Below, one piece after another: positions 8,413 through 16,129 of a stretch of DNA of 20,000 nucleotides. How positions within the stretch are numbered: position 1 is the stretch's first letter; every line of letters begins with the position of its first letter. Both the position numbers and the translations under genes were made by a program. The notes below the pieces were generated by a model, which saw only the letters and a list, made by a program, of their open reading frames with translations, did no database searches and was not told the DNA's origin. The DNA comes from an uncultured virus (IMG/VR IMGVR_UViG_3300002835_000127) (Duplodnaviria; Heunggongvirae; Uroviricota; Caudoviricetes), in IMG/VR virus record IMGVR_UViG_3300002835_000127, positions 55,452 through 75,451 of that record; one strand, written 5' to 3'.

Positions 8413-8440
8413 AAAAAAACCGTAGGTATTCCGACGGTTT
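8413..8440 (-). terminator. Rho-independent terminator after the portal genes
   Basis: AAACCGT-CGG-AATA-CCT-ACGGTTT hairpin running into a U7 tract. Confidence 0.75.
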
Positions 8441-8485
8441 ATGGAGAATGCTGAATGTAATTACGTATTAGAGTGTTAGGCTGGA

Positions 8486-10129
8486 CTATGCAGTCTCTTC
8501 CTCAGCGGGTGCTGCCGCTTCCGCTGGTGCTGCCGCTTCTTCTTCCGCTGGAGTTGCCTCGCCCTCAGCTCCGCTAGTAGAGCTTTCCTTTTTAGCAGAT
8601 TTAGCTTCGAGCTCTTTGTATGAAGCATTGCCCTCTATCTGCTCCGGGGTTAGACCTAAAAATCTCTGAACAAGGAAATCTTTATCAAAATAAGGCTGCT
8701 CTTCTTCACCAACTTTAACTTTCATGTCAGCAAGAGATTTTATAAAATCCCCTCTTTTAACTAGATTAGCAAGTTCAACCAGATCGTTGAATTCGCTTTC
8801 TCTTACGAAATTAATTCCAAGATTAGTTTTAAAGCTTCTATCTTTTACAAGCTCCGGATAATCAAGACACATTTGTATATAAAGAGGCTTAACTATGATT
8901 TCCTGATAAATCGATCTCAATCTGGAAAGAAACTTCTCGAACCTTATCTCGTCTCTTTCTAAAGAATCGATGCTAATCTGGTTGTTTGCGGGTGTTCCCC
9001 CTCTATAAGCAAATCTTGCATACGGTATTTTAGAATCTTGCTTTAGTTTATTGAAGAAGTAAAGCACGTTGTCCATGATATTAAAATCAGGTCCAGCTGC
9101 ATTTAGTGTTTCTATGGTAGGGGAAACACCATCCTTCTCAGGGAAAAGATAGTTTTTATAGAACTGAATTTTCGGTCTTCCGTTAACAGTCAATTCACCT
9201 GAATTGTCGTTTATAGATATTTCCTCTTTATGATAAGACATTATTTGTCCTAGCGTTTGCATGGCCTTTTGTGGTGACTGTGTACCTATAGGTATAACAA
9301 ACTTCAATCTATATGAAGCGTTCATAACGTTCCATATAATCCTGCTGTTCTCCATTATTTTCAGGATATTATAGGATCTAACTAGTCTCTCAACATAACT
9401 TACCCTGGAGATTGCATTACCCTTAGCATATGATATGTAGATAACCTGCTCATTCTTAAGCTTTCTTGTCATTTGGGGATTCTTTGGATACTGAACCCAA
9501 ACCTGTTGAAAATCATTCTCGCCAACTTTTTCAACCATAGGCTGAAGTGATGTTGCATCGAGTTCTTTAAATCCAATAACTTGCTTGCCTCTGCTATCGT
9601 AGATTATCTCATAAGCTAGAAACCCATCAATTAGGAGCTGTCTAAATACCTGCCAAGCCAATATGCTTTCCTGAAAATTGAAAAGATGATAGATCCGGTA
9701 AAAATTCTCCATCAGTTTATCTTTCACCTTATCACTTACGTCCAAATTCTTGATCTCAGGATATGCAAAATAATTCTTCTCGTCGTAAACCACAGCTTCA
9801 TCAGTTACCGTATCGAGTATAAACTCAATCTCACCGTTTAGCGAAAACTTTCTAAGAAAGTTTCTTTTGTCTATGTAATCCTTATCGAAATAAGCTATGT
9901 ACTTTCTTACTTTTGTATCCGAATGAGAAACTGTCCAATAGAAAGCATCGCTTTCAGTAAATCCAGATCCTTGCTCGTTGAAGAATTCCGATTCGGTCTT
10001 ACCTATGGCCTGCGAATTTCTAACAACCATATCTTCGTACTTCATACCAAACCTAGATATCTGAGAAAGACTTCTTAGTATCGTTCCGAATGCACTATTT
10101 GGTTGTATGGGATCTATAAATCCTGCCAT
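8486..10129 (-). CDS. gp20: Portal vertex protein (T4 gp20 family), paralog B
   Basis: EIEFILD.VTDEAVV, IDGFLAYE, SYVERL, F.IPIG, NYLFP, YF..KL...SKIP..R and RDEIRFEKFLSRLR motifs typical of gp20. Acidic Ala/Pro tail. Confidence 0.9.
   Translation of the reverse strand: MAGFIDPIQPNSAFGTILRSLSQISRFGMKYEDMVVRNSQAIGKTESEFFNEQGSGFTESDAFYWTVSHSDTKVRKYIAYFDKDYIDKRNFLRKFSLNGEIEFILDTVTDEAVVYDEKNYFAYPEIKNLDVSDKVKDKLMENFYRIYHLFNFQESILAWQVFRQLLIDGFLAYEIIYDSRGKQVIGFKELDATSLQPMVEKVGENDFQQVWVQYPKNPQMTRKLKNEQVIYISYAKGNAISRVSYVERLVRSYNILKIMENSRIIWNVMNASYRLKFVIPIGTQSPQKAMQTLGQIMSYHKEEISINDNSGELTVNGRPKIQFYKNYLFPEKDGVSPTIETLNAAGPDFNIMDNVLYFFNKLKQDSKIPYARFAYRGGTPANNQISIDSLERDEIRFEKFLSRLRSIYQEIIVKPLYIQMCLDYPELVKDRSFKTNLGINFVRESEFNDLVELANLVKRGDFIKSLADMKVKVGEEEQPYFDKDFLVQRFLGLTPEQIEGNASYKELEAKSAKKESSTSGAEGEATPAEEEAAAPAEAAAPAEEETA
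8508..8539. repeat. 18-bp-period coding tandem repeat (EAAAPA x2) in the portal B tail
   Basis: ggtgctgccgcttc at 8508 and 8526. Confidence 0.7.
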
Positions 10130-10140
10130 TTCTATTTTTT

Positions 10141-10148
10141 TATTTATA
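10141..10148 (-). promoter_or_regulatory. T4-type late promoter TATAAATA
   Basis: Exact T4 late consensus overlapping the portal A stop codon, 11 nt upstream of the portal B ATG. Confidence 0.6.
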
Positions 10149-11718
10149 AAGTAACTTCTGGTGCTTCTTCCTCTCCGCCTTCCTTCTCTTTCTTCTTGGC
10201 ATTCTTTTCTTTTGCTATCTTGTTAGCTTTAATGTCTGCAGGTGTAAGTCCGAGAAAATTCTCAATTAAGTAAGTCTGTGAAAAATAAGGTTTATCCCCG
10301 TCTTCCATTATAGCAGCCAATGAATCTACGCTTTCTTTTCTCTTAGTGATCAATTCCATCTCCTGGTTTACCCTAAAAGGGTTCTCACTGATGTACTTAA
10401 GTCCAAGTTGGCTCTTAAAAACTAGATCTTTTTCTAATTCCGGATTGTCTTTACATATTTGTAACCAAAGTGGCTTTATAATGATATCCTGAAAATTGGT
10501 TCTCAATCTACTTATGAACTTACTAAATCTTACCTCTTCCTTGTCCAGGCCATCCGCAGTGTTGGAATATGTTGCACTAGAAGATCCATCTAACCCCTTA
10601 AATCTTGTAGCAGGTATTTTAGATTCCTCTATGAATCTATCGTAGAAATATGCAAGAGGGGCAGGATCATTTAAGTTCGGTCCCTCCATTGTCAAGGGCT
10701 CAATTGTAGGTTGACCGTTTTGGCCCTGTGGTATCAGATAATTCTTATAGAATTGTATCTTAGGTGCTCCGTCAACTAGCAATTCACCAGTATCATCGCT
10801 CAAGCTAATATCCTCCTTATAGATACTCATAAGTTCACCCAAGGTCTGCATAGCTTTCTGAGGTGATCTTGATCCAACAGGAACGGTCATTTTAAGCTTG
10901 AATGAAGCATTCATCACTGACCAAATTACCCTAGTGTATTCTATAATTCTTAGGGTATTATAAGGTCTAATTAATCTCTCAACATAACTTAATCTGGAAA
11001 CTGAATTTCCCTTAGCATAAGACATGTATATGATCTGGGAGTCATATAGCATTCTTGTCTTTTTAGGGTCATTCGGAAATTGTATCCAAACGTTGACATG
11101 TCTTCCGTCTGGTTGTTTTTCTACGCTAGGTATTAAAGAAGTAGCGTCCAATTCTTTAAATCCAATTATCTCTTTCCCCCTATTGTCCCAGATTATTTCA
11201 AATGCAAGGAATCCGTCCACCATGAATTGTCTAAAGAATTGCCATGCTGTTATATCATCGCTAAATCCCCAGATGTCATATATTTTTCTAAAAACGTCAT
11301 AAACCTTTTCTCTTGTTTTTTCTTTTAGAGTAGTTATATCTAGAAAATCGGGATATGCGTAATAATTAGAAGGGTCGTAGTTTATGGATTCGTCACAAAC
11401 AATATCAAGAACTCCTTCTATCTCCGGGTTAAGAGAGAATTTCCTAAGATAATCCCTCTTTCCCTTATAATCCTTGTCGAAATAAGAGATATACTGTTTG
11501 ACCATAGTATCTTGCTTCGCAAGACTATACATCATATTCTCATCAGGAACGTTTGTTTTGTTCTGATTAATGAAAGCAGCTTCAGTAGCGCCAACAGCCA
11601 TGGAGTTCTTAATCACCATGTCCTCGTATTTCATACCGAACTTAGAGATCGACTTAACAGATTCCCTAATCCTCTGAAATACCGGATTACCATTTTCGTT
11701 ATCTATAAAACCAGCCAT
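10144..11718 (-). CDS. gp20: Portal vertex protein (T4 gp20 family), paralog A
   Basis: PEIEGVLD.VCDESI, VDGFLAFE, SYVERL, NYLIP, SKIP..RF and KEEVRFSKFISRLR motifs. Colinear with 8486-10129 along its length. Confidence 0.9.
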   Translation of the reverse strand: MAGFIDNENGNPVFQRIRESVKSISKFGMKYEDMVIKNSMAVGATEAAFINQNKTNVPDENMMYSLAKQDTMVKQYISYFDKDYKGKRDYLRKFSLNPEIEGVLDIVCDESINYDPSNYYAYPDFLDITTLKEKTREKVYDVFRKIYDIWGFSDDITAWQFFRQFMVDGFLAFEIIWDNRGKEIIGFKELDATSLIPSVEKQPDGRHVNVWIQFPNDPKKTRMLYDSQIIYMSYAKGNSVSRLSYVERLIRPYNTLRIIEYTRVIWSVMNASFKLKMTVPVGSRSPQKAMQTLGELMSIYKEDISLSDDTGELLVDGAPKIQFYKNYLIPQGQNGQPTIEPLTMEGPNLNDPAPLAYFYDRFIEESKIPATRFKGLDGSSSATYSNTADGLDKEEVRFSKFISRLRTNFQDIIIKPLWLQICKDNPELEKDLVFKSQLGLKYISENPFRVNQEMELITKRKESVDSLAAIMEDGDKPYFSQTYLIENFLGLTPADIKANKIAKEKNAKKKEKEGGEEEAPEVTL

Positions 11719-11721
11719 TCA

Positions 11722-12366
11722 CTACTTATTTTTATTTTCTAGACCAGAATTATCTTTTAATTTCGATCTATAGGAATTATATATCTCAATCGGAGAAGAC
11801 CCTTGAAGAAGGGCTACACTAAGATATGGTATTTTTTTCCAATCATCATAGCCTATAACATAGACTTCAGACATTGATGAAATATCGAATCCTTTAGTGC
11901 TTCCAATATATCCAGTACCTTTCAATAAAGACTTTACATTATCACCACTTAGGTTCACGGGAGATTGGCTTCCCGATTTTTTATTAGAATCTATTATGCT
12001 CTCTGAAAAATCATAGACCCTCTCCAATATCTTAACCCTTTCATCAGGTGGGGTAGCTATTAAATCCGATCCATATAGGATGTTGTTTAGATCTTTTGAT
12101 TTCTTAACATCAAAAGCTAAAACTATCGGTAGTCTGTTTATGAACTCCTTCTCCTTTTTTTTACCGTCATCGGGTTTCTGCTTAGGATTATATCTAAAAA
12201 TATAGATCTTACCGGGAAGAAATTGGCCGTCGAACTTTTCAGGTCGAAAATCCCTGTTCGATAACTTTATATAGGAGCTTATAAAATACTCGTCAGTTTT
12301 AGAAACAGTCTCAGATTGGGATATGAATCCGTCCTTGTATGATTTTATTTTTTCAGAAAAGCTCAT
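11722..12366 (-). CDS. gp2: DNA end protector protein (T4 gp2-like)
   Basis: PGKIYIFRYNPK...NRLPIVL resembles the gp2 motif G..Y.F.Y.PK....D..PLV. Adjacent to gp4 and the portal genes. Confidence 0.65.
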   Translation of the reverse strand: MSFSEKIKSYKDGFISQSETVSKTDEYFISSYIKLSNRDFRPEKFDGQFLPGKIYIFRYNPKQKPDDGKKKEKEFINRLPIVLAFDVKKSKDLNNILYGSDLIATPPDERVKILERVYDFSESIIDSNKKSGSQSPVNLSGDNVKSLLKGTGYIGSTKGFDISSMSEVYVIGYDDWKKIPYLSVALLQGSSPIEIYNSYRSKLKDNSGLENKNK

Positions 12367-12848
12367 TTACTATTAAAAAGAAATTTCTCGTCAACTACGC
12401 CAAATCTAAAACCTCTTTGGATAGCCCATTCTTTAGCAGCTTTAAATTTTGCCTGATTTGTTATCCATATTTTCATATTATAGTTATAGCTCTCTAGTTT
12501 TTTAAGAGTCATATTTTTACCCTCGTATATCGGCTTTTGAGTTTGTGACTCTGGCTTAACCTCTATTATCCACTCCTGATAGGTGTCGTCTTCTTTTAGA
12601 GTCTTTATGTAAAAATCCACATAGTATTTGTGCATTTTCTTATCTAATGGATTCCAGTAATCTATAAAAAGAGGTTCAGAGCTCCATTTAACTATCCTTT
12701 CGTTTCTATCGCAATATGCACAGAATCTCTGCTCCCACGAAGATCTATAAATGATATTATGTATATCACCTATGTACTTATCGGGATTCTGTGGACTATA
12801 AAGCCCATGTTTGTGTTTTCCGTTAGGTTTAACCTTTTTTATGGACAT
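12363..12848 (-). CDS. gp4: Head completion nuclease (T4 gp4; TnsA-like PD-(D/E)XK)
   Basis: P.NP.KYIGD, YRSSWE, WSSEP, YYVDF, IEVKP and NQAKFKAA. Confidence 0.9.
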   Translation of the reverse strand: MSIKKVKPNGKHKHGLYSPQNPDKYIGDIHNIIYRSSWEQRFCAYCDRNERIVKWSSEPLFIDYWNPLDKKMHKYYVDFYIKTLKEDDTYQEWIIEVKPESQTQKPIYEGKNMTLKKLESYNYNMKIWITNQAKFKAAKEWAIQRGFRFGVVDEKFLFNSK

Positions 12849-12849
12849 A

Positions 12850-13209
12850 TTAAACGTTGTAACTATTATCCTCCCCTGTTATATAACTGAAGGGTATAGT
12901 TTTAGGATTCTTTGGCGGGTGTAATTTCTTCCATCCCTTAGCAAATCCATTCTTTGCAACCTGAGTGAAGTAGGCAAATGGATTGTTAGATTTAGCAGGG
13001 TCAAATCTATTCCAATATTTGCAAAGATCCTCCATGGCAAAAGCCATACAATCGTCCTTATCGTCAGGATCCTTGTAAGCCATCTTCTTAGAAATACCTT
13101 CTATCATGAGGGTAAACATATCGATTGTCTCTCTTGTTAGCTGACCCTTCTCTTTAGATTCGGATACGGCTCTAAGGAGCTCACTGTTTTTAACATAAAC
13201 TTTTGCCAT
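12850..13209 (-). CDS. gp55: Late transcription sigma factor (T4 gp55-like), minimal 119-aa form
   Basis: YVKNSELL N-terminus, DDCM..AMED, and FDPAKSNNPFAYFTQ..KN.F, the gp55 region-2 signature. Confidence 0.85.
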   Translation of the reverse strand: MAKVYVKNSELLRAVSESKEKGQLTRETIDMFTLMIEGISKKMAYKDPDDKDDCMAFAMEDLCKYWNRFDPAKSNNPFAYFTQVAKNGFAKGWKKLHPPKNPKTIPFSYITGEDNSYNV

Positions 13210-13230
13210 TCTGCGGGGTTTTTTATGTGC

Positions 13231-13266
13231 AAAAAAAATCCCCCATTCTTATTAGAAACAGGGGAT
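13231..13266 (-). terminator. Terminator-like hairpin in the gp55 leader
   Basis: ATCCCC-TGT-TTCT-AATA-AGAA-TG-GGGGAT running into a U8 tract. Confidence 0.6.
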
Positions 13267-13300
13267 ATTTTATCTTTGTGCTTAAATTTTAGAATTTATC

Positions 13301-13329
13301 TTTATATTAAGCTTTTACTTGTTTGTTTC
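13301..13329 (-). promoter_or_regulatory. Putative early/middle promoter GAAAC-N18-TATAAA upstream of the gp55-like gene
   Basis: Same bipartite motif and spacing as at 2576 and 7027. Confidence 0.55.
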
Positions 13330-13476
13330 GGCCTCGTCTTCCTCGCTGTCCTCTACGTGTTTGTTTATCGGCTTAGTTGGAGCCTTTGCGAACTTTCCCT
13401 TTAGAGAATCTACGAAAGGCTTACCTGATTTATTTTGTTCTGGATTCTCAGGAGCAAAATAATAGTTACGACTTAC
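13315..13476 (-). CDS. -1 frame C-terminal extension (53 aa) of the scaffold-like protein
   Basis: Open frame VSRNYYFAPENPEQNKSGKPFVDSLKGKFAKAPTKPINKHVEDSEEDEAETNK*. It has no ATG, begins at the slippery site and contains an AKAP repeat. Confidence 0.75.
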   Translation of the reverse strand, partial: VSRNYYFAPENPEQNKSGKPFVDSLKGKFAKAPTKPINKHVEDSEEDEAETNK

Positions 13477-14005
13477 TTTTTTTTTTGCAATTCAGATTCT
13501 TCTAAGTTATATCTGAGCTTGTCATTTACTCCAAAGTCTATAGCATCTCTGTGCTTGCTTCTAGAGGTAGCAGTATTTGGGCCCGATTTAGTAGCCACTC
13601 CTTCTTCTACCTTTCTATATCCATGCAGCAAATCCAGTGAAAGATCTATTTTGTCATTGCTTCCTGGAGCTTTCGCATATCCGTGTTTCTGTGCCATACC
13701 AGCTAAAGCATTTTTATCGTGCGTTCTCTCAATTTTACCGAAATTAGGAGCTTCTGCTAATCCTTGAGATCTATCTTCTACTTCGCTAGCTTCGTCGATA
13801 TTATAACCAATAGCATATCCAGCAACATCGAAATCTGTTGGCTTTTGTCCTTTAATTCCTTCCGCATAATGGGCAGCTTTAGGATTCTTTAGGTCGTGAG
13901 CCATTGGTTTCTCCTGATCCTTAGATCTAGGAGCTTTAGCATATGTTGGCTGTGATTGCTTTTCTTTAACATTTTTAGTTCTCGTAGGTGCTTTAGATAA
14001 AGTAG
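13378..14005 (-). repeat. Degenerate protein-level repeats (LSKAP, YAKAP, LAEAP, YAKAP, FAKAP; GYNIDE/GYRKVEE/RYNLEE)
   Basis: Read from the translation. The series spans the frameshift site. Confidence 0.65.
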
Positions 14006-16067
14006 TATTTGATTCCTTTACTTCCTCGGTGCCATCCTCTTCTTCAGACTCGTCACTTTCTATATCACTAGCAGGATCATTGTCGAAATAGTCTTTATCG
14101 AAATCACTTGTCTTTTCAGCATTTTTTTCTGCTGCATCTGACATAGCTTCCTCTAAATCTTGAATATCATTTACTCTATGATCCTCTGTTCTACCCGCAT
14201 CGGTTAAAATTGTATATCTTCCCGAAGTACCGTCTATTGAAACGATTTTACCGGTTTCTCCTGATTCTTTTATTTTAACATAGTCTCCTATATTAAATTT
14301 AGCATCCTCTATAAGGTACATGCTAGGATCTAAATCAACATTTTCAATTTTCTCGATCTCCTCGTTGATGCTAGCCCATTTATTTCTTAAAACCTTCAAT
14401 TCCCTTTTTAGCATTTTCTCTGCTTCTTTAAGCTCAGACGAATGCGAGTAGTTAGGATTTTCTATCAAGGATTGAACTTTGGCCAACTGTTCCTCAACAT
14501 TTTGTATGTTTTCAAGAAGACTAGATCTGTCATTTAGAAGAACCGATTTAGTTCTTAATTCACCAACCAAGAATTCGCTTAGACCTTCAGAAATATCATA
14601 TCTTAATGTGTCTTTTACTAACTTAACAGCTTGCATGCTATTAACAGAGAATATTGAATTCTCTCTCATAGCTTCATTTATTCTTTGAAGGTAGATCTTA
14701 TCGTTCCATTTGAACAGATTAACAGAAAGTCCCTCGTAAATTCTAGATACGATCGACTTAGCAAAATCAAGCTCCACGAAAGAATTGTAATTTTCATAAA
14801 CGGTAGCTATATCTTTTACAAGAGACATATCATTATATCCCATATAAGAGGATACTTCCAATCCTATTATCTTAGCCATTTCGTTAACATTAGAGAAAGC
14901 TAATTTATTTCTACCAACAAATACATTAGGATTATTCTCCGTTCCTTCTGTTATACTAACTACCTTCTTGCCGATTGAGAAATGAACACCCGCTTCATTT
15001 ATCTTAACATCGGGTCTAGAAGTAATTCCCAATAGATTAACAAATGTATTACCGTATGAAGAAGCTGCAGTCTTAGCGTCTATTCTCTGTACGCCATTCT
15101 CTGTTGCTTCGAAAATAAATCCACCAAGGCCAAATGCGAAATTTTGATCCTCATTAGTTGCCATTGCGGAATAAGCTCTCTCTACGTATGATTCACCTTG
15201 ATTAGTTTCAGGGATAGAAAGTCTGCTTGAATCTTTTCGACTTTCGTTAAGATTCAAATAGTTTATAAGGTTTTTAACTACAGGATTGAAAGAATATTTA
15301 GAGATTTGATTAACTAGGAGACCGTTTGACTTGTCTTTAGATACCATCCACTCATTTAAACACTCATAAAGATCAGAGTAAAATTCTCTAGATCCAGATC
15401 CCTTAATAGAATCTATCACTTTAGAAACGTATATCTCTCTGTTGTAAGTATTAGCTTTACCTAGAAGTGATTCAAAGACCTCCTTAGATTTAGCATCCCA
15501 TGTCAATTGGCTTAAATCATTAACAAAATTTTCAATAACTGCATACTCTGGGATATTCTTATTAACAAGGATATTTTTATAATTCTCTAACATGATCTTA
15601 GCCTTCATGTGCTCGGCAACAGGTGAACTAAGAAGAGACTTAACAGACTCAAGAACACCTAGATTTTTAATAGACTCAGAAGTTAAAAAAGAATTAACAG
15701 ATTTATCACCTTTTATGTGAGAAAGGGACTCGTTTAAAGAACTCATCTCTTTATCACCTGATTTTTCTTTAGAAGGCGTAATCCAAGTTCCGGAATTATC
15801 TCCTTTAGATGTATTCTGGCTCCAAGATTCCAAAAGTGAAGAAGCTGCTCTTTTGGAAGCTTCCATTTCTTGATTTCTGAAATCATTCCAGATGTTTGAT
15901 GTATTTTCTCTTAAGAAACCAGAAACCTCAACATCATTGGAATTTTTAAGTCCCTCTATAAGGGTATTTTTATTTGATGCCTCGTTTAAGAAGTTCTCAC
16001 ACAGAGATTTAACCTCCGGTGAGGTAGTAGTTTCTTTTAATTTTTGTACTTTGTTAATGAAGTCCAT
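13473..16067 (-). CDS. Large prohead core/scaffold-like or internal head protein (864 aa; 917 aa with -1 shift)
   Basis: Many (L/I/V)-x-E-(S/A/G) motifs like T4 gp21 protease sites, coiled-coil and acidic segments, an embedded KOW/SH3-like domain and AKAP repeats. Double late promoter and location next to head genes. The function is an inference. Confidence 0.6.
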   Translation of the reverse strand: MDFINKVQKLKETTTSPEVKSLCENFLNEASNKNTLIEGLKNSNDVEVSGFLRENTSNIWNDFRNQEMEASKRAASSLLESWSQNTSKGDNSGTWITPSKEKSGDKEMSSLNESLSHIKGDKSVNSFLTSESIKNLGVLESVKSLLSSPVAEHMKAKIMLENYKNILVNKNIPEYAVIENFVNDLSQLTWDAKSKEVFESLLGKANTYNREIYVSKVIDSIKGSGSREFYSDLYECLNEWMVSKDKSNGLLVNQISKYSFNPVVKNLINYLNLNESRKDSSRLSIPETNQGESYVERAYSAMATNEDQNFAFGLGGFIFEATENGVQRIDAKTAASSYGNTFVNLLGITSRPDVKINEAGVHFSIGKKVVSITEGTENNPNVFVGRNKLAFSNVNEMAKIIGLEVSSYMGYNDMSLVKDIATVYENYNSFVELDFAKSIVSRIYEGLSVNLFKWNDKIYLQRINEAMRENSIFSVNSMQAVKLVKDTLRYDISEGLSEFLVGELRTKSVLLNDRSSLLENIQNVEEQLAKVQSLIENPNYSHSSELKEAEKMLKRELKVLRNKWASINEEIEKIENVDLDPSMYLIEDAKFNIGDYVKIKESGETGKIVSIDGTSGRYTILTDAGRTEDHRVNDIQDLEEAMSDAAEKNAEKTSDFDKDYFDNDPASDIESDESEEEDGTEEVKESNTTLSKAPTRTKNVKEKQSQPTYAKAPRSKDQEKPMAHDLKNPKAAHYAEGIKGQKPTDFDVAGYAIGYNIDEASEVEDRSQGLAEAPNFGKIERTHDKNALAGMAQKHGYAKAPGSNDKIDLSLDLLHGYRKVEEGVATKSGPNTATSRSKHRDAIDFGVNDKLRYNLEESELQKKK
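13476..13486 (-). other. Slippery site: A10 tract ending in in-frame A_AAA_AAG immediately before TAA
   Basis: The minus strand reads CAA AAA AAA AAG TAA. The heptamer at 13482-13476 is the canonical bacterial -1 frameshift motif in the correct phase. Confidence 0.7.
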
Positions 16068-16088
16068 GAGTTAATAATTTTTTTGTAT

Positions 16089-16128
16089 TCTATATATCTT
16101 TTTCAGAGTACTTTTTGGTCTATATATC
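16089..16128 (-). promoter_or_regulatory. Tandem late promoters GATATATAGA x2, 30 bp apart
   Basis: Identical 10-mers at 16119-16128 and 16089-16098 in the 62-nt gap upstream of the 864-aa gene. Confidence 0.75.
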
Positions 16129-16129
16129 A

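Noticed and set aside
8441..8485. Possible small RNA or tRNA in the intergenic gap after portal B
   Set aside because: Too short, with no cloverleaf or stable fold apart from the adjacent terminator.
8486..11718. Portal duplication as an assembly artefact or as a split/intron-interrupted gene
   Set aside because: Each copy is full length, and the two differ extensively in protein and DNA sequence, including indels.
12363..12848. Tn7 TnsA transposase or homing endonuclease
   Set aside because: The motifs and the gp2/portal context identify T4 gp4. No other transposon genes or ends are present.
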